From Phoronis australis (lineage: Eukaryota > Animalia > Phoronida): a stretch of DNA of 43,217 nt. The notes beneath the pieces are model-generated. The model was not told where the DNA came from. It saw only the letters and a list, made by a program, of their open reading frames with translations, and did no database searches. Shown here piece by piece: positions 35,297 through 43,217 of this stretch. How positions within the stretch are numbered: position 1 is the first letter of the stretch; each line of letters opens with the position of its first letter. The stretch covers positions 937,915 through 981,131 of the forward strand of contig NMRA01000110.1 of assembly GCA_002633005.1 (NCBI GenBank), written 5' to 3'. The translations under genes were made by a program, and so were the position numbers.

Positions 35297-35764
35297 CATA
35301 GACTATAGTACATATACGTGGACCGCCAACTCTGTACATTTTCAGTGAAGGAAATCTTTGATCTTACGCATAAGCCACGACGTCATTATTCATCAGCGAG
35401 TTTTACTTCCGGCAAGTACGTCGTCTTCTAATCATGGCCGGCTGTTGTGTGGTCGGTTGTTCGACCAAACAGGCGAAATGTACAGGACTAAGTTTCCACA
35501 GCACTGATTTGCAGTTACATGAACAGTAGCATTGCAAAAAGCACTCACGATACCAACAGTTCTACTATGAAAAGACTTAGGACAGTGTTTCAATGTCGAA
35601 ATTATTTATTTTTCGTTATACTAGACAGTAAAGTAGATGTGAGAATTTCCCGTCACAATACACTAACCGGACACTGAAATTGTTAATTTATGAGGGTTGT
35701 GCCTCTTCTAGAGTATTTTTTCAAGAAAATGTCGCAGTTGCGAATCTGTTGTCTATAATCTATG
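35297..35764 (+). mobile_element. Non-autonomous P-superfamily-like element retaining the THAP start
   Basis: CATAGACTATAG...CTATAATCTATG termini; 7-bp near-TSD GTAACAC/GTAACGC; 35434-35502 encodes MAGCCVVGCSTKQAKCTGLSFHS. Confidence 0.78.
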
Positions 35765-35799
35765 GTAACGCATATAGCCTATGGAACACAAAGGGGTTA

Positions 35800-38450
35800 T
35801 AAACTAAACGACTTGGTTAAACAAAACACAACTTTTAAGTAATTAATTATCAATTAAAAGAGTGATAAAATCTGCATCTAAAAATCTCGGGGGGGGCTAT
35901 TGCGTAAATGAAAGGACGTCAATATCTTACAATCGACCGAACCAAACAATGCCTTTAGGACGATCGAAAACTCGCCGCGAAAACTTGGCCTTGACTTCAA
36001 GAAAAGAACTTGGGTACAATGTAGATGCACAGGAATTTAAACTATATCCTGTCCGAATTTCATGTTTGTAATCGAGAGTATAGTGCTCTTTTGGATTGGA
36101 GGAACAAGAGGCACTTTTTCGGAAGTTGGTTGCATGGCGGACAATCCTGCGCTAAAAATGTTTACAAAATGATTTATCAGCAATAATTCGTGACAAAAAG
36201 ATTACAAACTTACAAATAAAGACCAAGGTAACCTTTTTTTTAACAAAAACTGTCTTATAGTGAACTATTAAGTCTGAAATAGGGAAACTAACCGATATGT
36301 GTTTTACAGTACATGGAGGCAGATACGGAGCTCCGTGACCTACTGTTTAATTGTCCTCACTATTTTCATCATAATAGTCATAAAAACATAAACTCAATGA
36401 ACACTACAATCTAGGATCGTCACCCATTTCGTCATCTTCAAAGTGAAACCTGTTGTTAGACAATGGGTTCTGGAAAACATCGAATTTTAGTTAAAATGGA
36501 AAAAATAATTGAAACAAATTCATCATAATTCATGAAACTAATTTAAATCTAAATATTAATAAAAAGTTTGAATTAAAAACATATACATTACAAGTGTGAT
36601 AGTGTTTCAAAGAATTATCAGTGTTGGTGGTAATCTCCACTGAGTTGTTTTTTAAAAGCTTGTGATTCCTATAAAAATACTAATCGGCAGACGATTTTAT
36701 TTTATCAGTCAACGCCACTAAGACGGATACATCTTGTGTAAAAATCTTGGGTCGATCAGTGTTGCATCAGCTGAGACATAGCTGTGCGGCCTCAAAATAT
36801 GAGAAAATTGCAATACTTTGTTAACCTCGGAGCTTTCCATAACTTAAGCCAGAAATTTTGAACTTAGCGGCAGAGTTAATGATAATTTTTAATATGTCGA
36901 TGAAGCCAAAGACTTGCTTTATTTAAAAAAATAAAAACAAATGATTATCTTATGCCCTAAAACTTTTTTATTATGCATTGCATTTGAGCCATTTTCGACG
37001 ACTTCATTGCTGGTCCATCCCCGAATTCCCCTCCTTAAAAAATAAATTGAACTTGCACTTTACTACTTTTTATCATCCAAACGGTTACTAAAATGCACAA
37101 CATGGTTAAAATCCGTGACATTGGGTTTATCACTCCTCTGGGCATTTTGCCTGCTGTGAACCCTACTTTACTCTTAAGAGTGCAGTACATTTCAGACCAG
37201 GCAAATATCCACACAGGGGTGATAAACCCTATGTGACGGATTTGGATCATATTATGCATTTTGTTTATTTTCTTATGGTAATTACTAAAATGCACTTTTA
37301 ACAAATTCTATCGCGTTAGGTAGCTTAAAAGTCGGGTACCTCAGTCTTCACTAAAAATCACTATCAGAACTTACGCCAATAATCACAGTTTTTGTGACAT
37401 TGTAAGTAATTACAGAAGCTACTACGAAGTGAAATAGCTACTGTTTTGTATAAAGTCATTCATTGTCTTCGTAAAAATGAAAAATAAAAGTGTCAAGTTG
37501 CACCTTAAAATCCACATTTTGGGTTTAAAGTGTCATGAGGTCATGCAAGAAGAAAACATGGATAACTTTCCCAGGTTTGAATGAGTCAATCTCAGCTGAA
37601 GCCAAATTTTACACTTTGAAGCTTAATTGTGGGTTTGATCTATCTTAGTAGAATAGATATTTAGCATCAAAACGACCGGCAAACACATGTCTTCATATAG
37701 TATTGAGCAATTGTTCGCAGCCACCTCAGCCAAAGTGAGCACTTGTGATAATAGCTACTAGTCATCGAAAATGTTGAGTTTTGAGATTTAAAAGTGCTCA
37801 AATGGTTGTTAAATTATTGGGCTTATTTCTTAGCAAATAAAATTCAATAAAATAAGTATTTCTTTGTTTTTGTTTTTTTTTTACTGTGAATTACCATTTT
37901 GATGAAAAGCCCTTCAGGTGTCTCTGATGTCACTGAAGAAAAAATGGCTGATGAGGTGGATGAAGTAGGCCTAGTTAATATCACAGGCGCTCAAATTTCC
38001 CGATGACTCATCATACCATATATAAGAAACATAAAGGTTGGACACTAAAACTTTGCAGAGCCTAGGCTCCCAACTACAACTGTCCAAATCCAAATAAAAT
38101 CTGTGTGCTCCTTCCTCAGCCTGGTATTGCATAAACATTCGAAGCCTTATCTTTCTTTGATCCCATTAATTGTCCTCGTGAGTGGTGAATTGGCGATTGA
38201 ATTTCCAAAACAATCTCAAAACTCTGAACTCAAGGACTTAAAATAGTAAACATGGCGAATTTCAGTTGTGCTTCAACTTGTACATGTACGCCTGTCGTAC
38301 CTTGTAGGTGAAACTTCGAGTTTGAGCAAGCAACCTACATTTCAAATTCAATAATTCTAATTCAAAACTTAACTGATCGAAAATGTTGAATTTAGTATTT
38401 TAATGATTATTTGCAATTTTATTCCACTGACAGCTCATTTAAGCCCTTAA
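35800..38450. repeat. Large imperfect palindrome centred on TTAA (37174-37177): two Sola3-like termini back to back
   Basis: Both arms read outward as GAGT..AGTA...TTCA.A.CAGGCAAA...GTGATAAACCC.ATGT.ACGGATTT. Further inverted patches at ~36770-36840/37560-37605, ~36420-36450/37925-37955 and ~35965-36000/38225-38262. Outer limits approximate. Confidence 0.65.
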
Positions 38451-41400
38451 CTTAAATTTTTATTGCATAAACTGGCATATCCTTTTTCTCATCTTGACAT
38501 CACGCACTTTTCTTGGTTGAAGCAGAACACACACTAGGCCAGGAAACGGAGTTCGTGCGAGTATTACAATGCGCGTGGCCGACGAGATAACTCAATGGCT
38601 TTGGCCAAAAGTGAAACCTTCATAAAAAATCACAGTACACAAAATACCTTTGCATATCAATACAGTATCAGGATAATTTATATTTGACACAAATATCTGA
38701 GTAGTTACATTAATTTGGCAATGACATTTTTAAAGTGCTCTCTGCTTCTCATGACCAAGTAGTCGGGGGATTGACGACGACAGGCGCGCGAAAATAGACT
38801 TTCTGATCTAGCTCGGGAGCGTCCGCCAAAAACCCAGATGTGCGAAGACCGTCTGCCATGAGGAATAACAGGCGTCCTCAGCTTCTGATCGTCCCCAATA
38901 CACTACATATAATACTACAAGGCATGACACTCCCGACGTGAAATTCCACGGGTGCTTCACTTCAGCCCTCCATAGCTAACATAATCTTAAATAAATTTAC
39001 ACAGAACAAGGTTACAACAAACCATTGGCAATTGTTCTTTCTTCCAATACCATTCACGGTGTCCTGTTCCGGCGACCTCATAAGAAATTCGCAGTCAAAG
39101 AACAAAAATGTTCACAAAAAGCCGAAACACTTCCATCTTGGACGGCTCGAGGTCAAGGACGGTACAGAAATTACCGATGAATTACGGATGGAGGGCGTTA
39201 TCGACATCGTGACTTTACGCGACAAACTGGCAATTTCCGTACTGTAGTACAGACACTTTCTGATAAGGTGAGACCGGGTCCAAATTCTCTTTGTTGAATA
39301 TAATTGCGATTTGACCGCACGACTGGTCCTGCTCAGTCACATTTTTTCTACTCTGGCTAGTACAAGGTCATGTTCTACCAGTGGTCTTGATTTATGAGGT
39401 ATTTACAGCATCTCAGACCGTTCTGTAGTGCGTTTAGCGTGACTGACTAAAGCCATTAACCTTTTGTGATCGCATTTGTTTGATGAAAACTATCTAAACG
39501 AACAGAAACGACATTTGTTCTTCATTTTGTCTTTAAGAACACAATAGCATTGAAACCAATCTTTAAACATAACAACTCTTACAAATTCAACTTCAAAGGG
39601 ATTGATTTCCATTTAATTGACCTGAATATGTAAAACAAATGATAATTGAAAAAACAAAAGGGCAACATATACAATTTTTGTATATCCTCAAACCTAATGT
39701 CCACTGACTCACTGAACAAATGTCATGGGGCTCAGTATTGATACTGTTCGCATCATTCACGCACAAAACAACTTGTTTTCATTTGAAAGAGATAAGGCTT
39801 TAATTCAAAGCAGATTTCTTGTTCAAATTTCTGTCGTTACAGTGTATGTCTGTAAAATCTGCCCATCATTTCCAGTACCGACAGTTCTGCAAGACAATAT
39901 CCCTTAAATGTAAAGATGAGGCAAGATATTTGTGCTCAGTCATCAAGATTTACTTTTTTGCTCAAAAAGGTTAAATAAAGTGTAAGCAACTGTGCATAGT
40001 CCAAAAGTATGTTTGCGTACAATAGAGTCCTACACGTGTATTTATCTGTTAACAATTCTTTACCCTGCGTTAAAAGCAAAAATTTTGGTGCATAGCATTT
40101 CAAACATTTATTTTCATGAAAATATTTGGAAAGAACGCAAACTAAAATGCTCTCTGTAATATCAGCGTAGAATGTGTAGTTGGAAAGTGCTCCCGTTAGA
40201 AATAAGCACTCAACAAATACGTGTATTTTTAATGACATGTAATTTCAGCTTAATTTCATCCACGTTAAAATATATGCAAAGGTTTATTAGCCTCGCATAT
40301 AAACTGTTATCATATGTACATGAAATTTACAATGCAAAGACCATCTACTGAATAGCGGGCATCCGTAGGCAGGTTATCTTCAAGTACCCCCTCATAACGT
40401 ACCTACACTTTGAAAACCAGGTTATTGCCCATTATTCAGAGGAAAAATTGATTCTCAAAATAGTGGGCACACTATATGTGACTATTGTTTTATTTTTGTC
40501 GTTTTAGTGTTTGAAGATACCAGAGTGCTGTAACAATGGTTTTTATGATCTTTATCAACACTGTAAACCCGTCCCTGTAATGAAGGAATTGCCATGAACG
40601 TCAAGCAGTCGCATATGTTTAATTCTAACTTCAGGTGTGCTTCGACTGCATAGTTTATTACCACACATAAGCAGCTGTTAAAAAGCTGTCGAATTTTATG
40701 TTGATTTGACTTGCACCTACCGATTTACTATCCCAGTACGTGTTTTTGCAACTAGACTTTTGAATATTAGACATGTATATATCTTACCTCTTTAAAATGT
40801 AAACGAAAAACGAAACCTAACTTAGAGTGGCAACTTGAAAAGGAAAAACAGAAGCAACGAAGGTAAAATTATTATCAACAACGGGAAAAACATTTGCACC
40901 GCTACTACAGAGATTGAGGAAAGCGATATGTTTTTGTAAATTTTCTATCAAGAAATTGGAAACCGGGTTTCGTGGAATAGTGTGTAACTTAACATTGTCC
41001 ACAAATCGACCTATGACAAACTAAAGTTGCCATGTAACCTGTGTCCTAGATCTGAATACTGCGTTTACATTTGGCAAGATGATACATGTATTCTTTTCTG
41101 AATCACCAACTTATTTTTAGCGCGCTTTATGAAAACGCAACTAATATGGCGAATTAGTTGAACAGTATTACCGTCACTCGAAAGATGATTTTTTTCAGAG
41201 TACTAACCCTTTGGAGTAAGAACAGACGCGAAACACCCAGTATTGTATTTTCACCCACAGTCTCGGAGGTCTGCATACAAAATGTCATGGTTGCAATTTT
41301 TACAAACATTGAAAGTGACTTCAAAACTCGGAATGAGGTATTATGGTTGACATTACAACCAATCCTAGCTTTGTGGTCGCTGTTTTCATGCATTGGCGTT

Positions 41401-43217
41401 AAACTCCGCGCGCTAGTGATCAGCCGGTTGTTTTCGTTGTTTCCAAAATAAATCTTTTTCCTATCACCAGCACATTTACAAAGTGTACAAAATAAAACGA
41501 TTTTCAATGAAAAGATGCGGATTGCTGATGAAGTGGTAGCAAAAAGTAATGCATAAATACTGCATGGGTAGAGTTGTGAGCTACTCATTGAATTTTTCCC
41601 GATTGTAAATCGTCTGCGGTCGTAACACGTCCAGCGTTGTAATTGAGTTTTCATACAATATCACTGTTTACGAGTTTCTTGGTTGTTATGAGTAAAAAAC
41701 ACGCTGTAATTAGAGTACGCAAGCATATTTGCATTAATGTACAACGCCGTTGATAATTCCACAAGAACACTTACATGTACATGTACATTGTTTTAGTATC
41801 ACGCAATTCTTTCAGTCTCCCTATGAGAAAGTTACTAAATTGCGGGTTTAATACTGGAGTGGCAATTAGAGTTACGAACAACAAACAGTTCGATGCTTGC
41901 TTGTGTAACAGAGCAAGTCTCCACTGAACCTCAAAATATGTATTTTCTCTCATCAGGCATTCGTTTCAGTTCAATTTGCACATGATAACGATCAACTTTC
42001 CATGAAAGCAAAAGAAGGGAAACACCCTTCTCCTAAGCCTGTCGCTAGCGAAGTGCCCGACACATACAGTCGCGCCCACATGCCCACGTAACAAAGGCGC
42101 ACTGAGACGCAACAAAGACATTAGCATAAGAATAACTGAACATTTGTAACTAAATAAGAATAACAATAAGCGTAAAGTTACGAACGTCCCGTCACAGTTA
42201 TATCCGAGCATGCCATCCTTCAAAGCTAATAATGCCAAAAGCCTTCTCAATCTTTGACAATGTTGGCATGCTTGAAAACATACGTTTGTGTAATAGCTCT
42301 GTTACGGTCAACTGTTCACGTAGCGATGACAACAGTTCAAGAAACAGCGTAGAAACCTTAGTATTGTATTAAAAGCAAAAAAATTTTTTGAGCTGTAATA
42401 TAGCAGATACGTTGCTGGAGATTTTTTTCGTGAGGAACTTGCGACTAGATTCTCCCTTGGGCCACCTACGCATTGGACGTACCACGGCTTTCTTCTTCTT
42501 TCCAATAAAACTGAAGAGGAAATAATATCGATTTACATAATCTCTAGCCCGAGGAACGCAACTGTTCATTTGTACAATTGGTACAAATTAGTCGCACGCA
42601 GAACGTATTAGCATAAGTGAACTACCATTTGTTGTGTAAGAAAATGGTATGCAAGACAACAAGGCGCTCTCCAGTTGTTCGATTGCAATGTAAAGGCGAT
42701 TTCCGATGAAAAAAATGTAAAATTTACGCAAAATGGCCGCTGTTAGTCGGGATGTCCTGAGTCTTAGAACGCACATGCCAACAGTACTGGCATTTTCGAT
42801 TTTAAGCTCTGACACGTTTACAATCGGCAGCAATACGTCCTAAAACTCTGATATTACTAAAGTAATGTTTTAGAATTACACATTAAGCTGCTTTCATGAG
42901 GTCCCAGATCAACCACTCGCTGGTTCCCTGCGTGCCGCTAGGTGGTCGGTAGCCAGCACGCAGGTCTCACTTAATTTTCCTCGTTAAATTTCTTACATCG
43001 GCGTTTCTGATTGGCTAGTTGAATTCTCAACTGGCGACGCTTTACGCAAACAAACTGGCATGCCTGATGGACTGAAGTATAAATGTGGAGCTGTTGTGCA
43101 GACAAATCGGTGCTTAAAATTCATGTTCAGGAAATGTGAATCCTAGAAATTGTGGTTGCGCCTTTTCGGAGTGCATCTTTCTACTGTCGATGACTTTTAT
43201 TTACGATACTGTCCTGT

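Noticed and set aside
39032-39247. EITDELRMEGVIDIV, faintly like a LINE ORF1 segment
   Set aside because: Too short, with no zinc knuckle or ORF2 nearby.
42700-43217. CpG-richer end with AAAATGGCCGC and ATTGG motifs suggesting a promoter
   Set aside because: Short motifs only and no linked gene visible in the window.

Overview
Eukaryotic, AT-rich, repeat-dense genomic window, probably from a marine invertebrate (species cannot be determined). It holds one apparently intact host gene: a secreted type-B carboxylesterase on the + strand with three coding exons (22733-22793, 30377-31808, 34143-34359; 569 aa when spliced) and a non-canonical active site (HPGG oxyanion loop, GQSGG elbow, Asp as the acid). 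Most other recognisable sequence is nested, decayed transposable elements. Three Kolobok-type DNA transposon derivatives (TTAA target sites) each carry a THAP-transposase 5' part converging on a P2X7 'ballast'-like (KolX-type) accessory ORF. Also present: a deleted Gypsy LTR element inside a long foldback element, Penelope-like fragments (one with a minimal hammerhead-like motif), a CR1-group LINE 3' fragment, Harbinger-, P- and hAT-like non-autonomous elements, and a ~2.6 kb imperfect palindrome centred on CTC-TTAA-GAG. All alignments were done by eye, so family assignments need database confirmation. I found no unambiguous new biological system. The best leads are the repeated THAP/ballast cassette, the open truncated THAP ORF, the TTAA-centred palindrome, the ribozyme-like motif and the over-represented TACATGTA/TAGGCCTA octamers.
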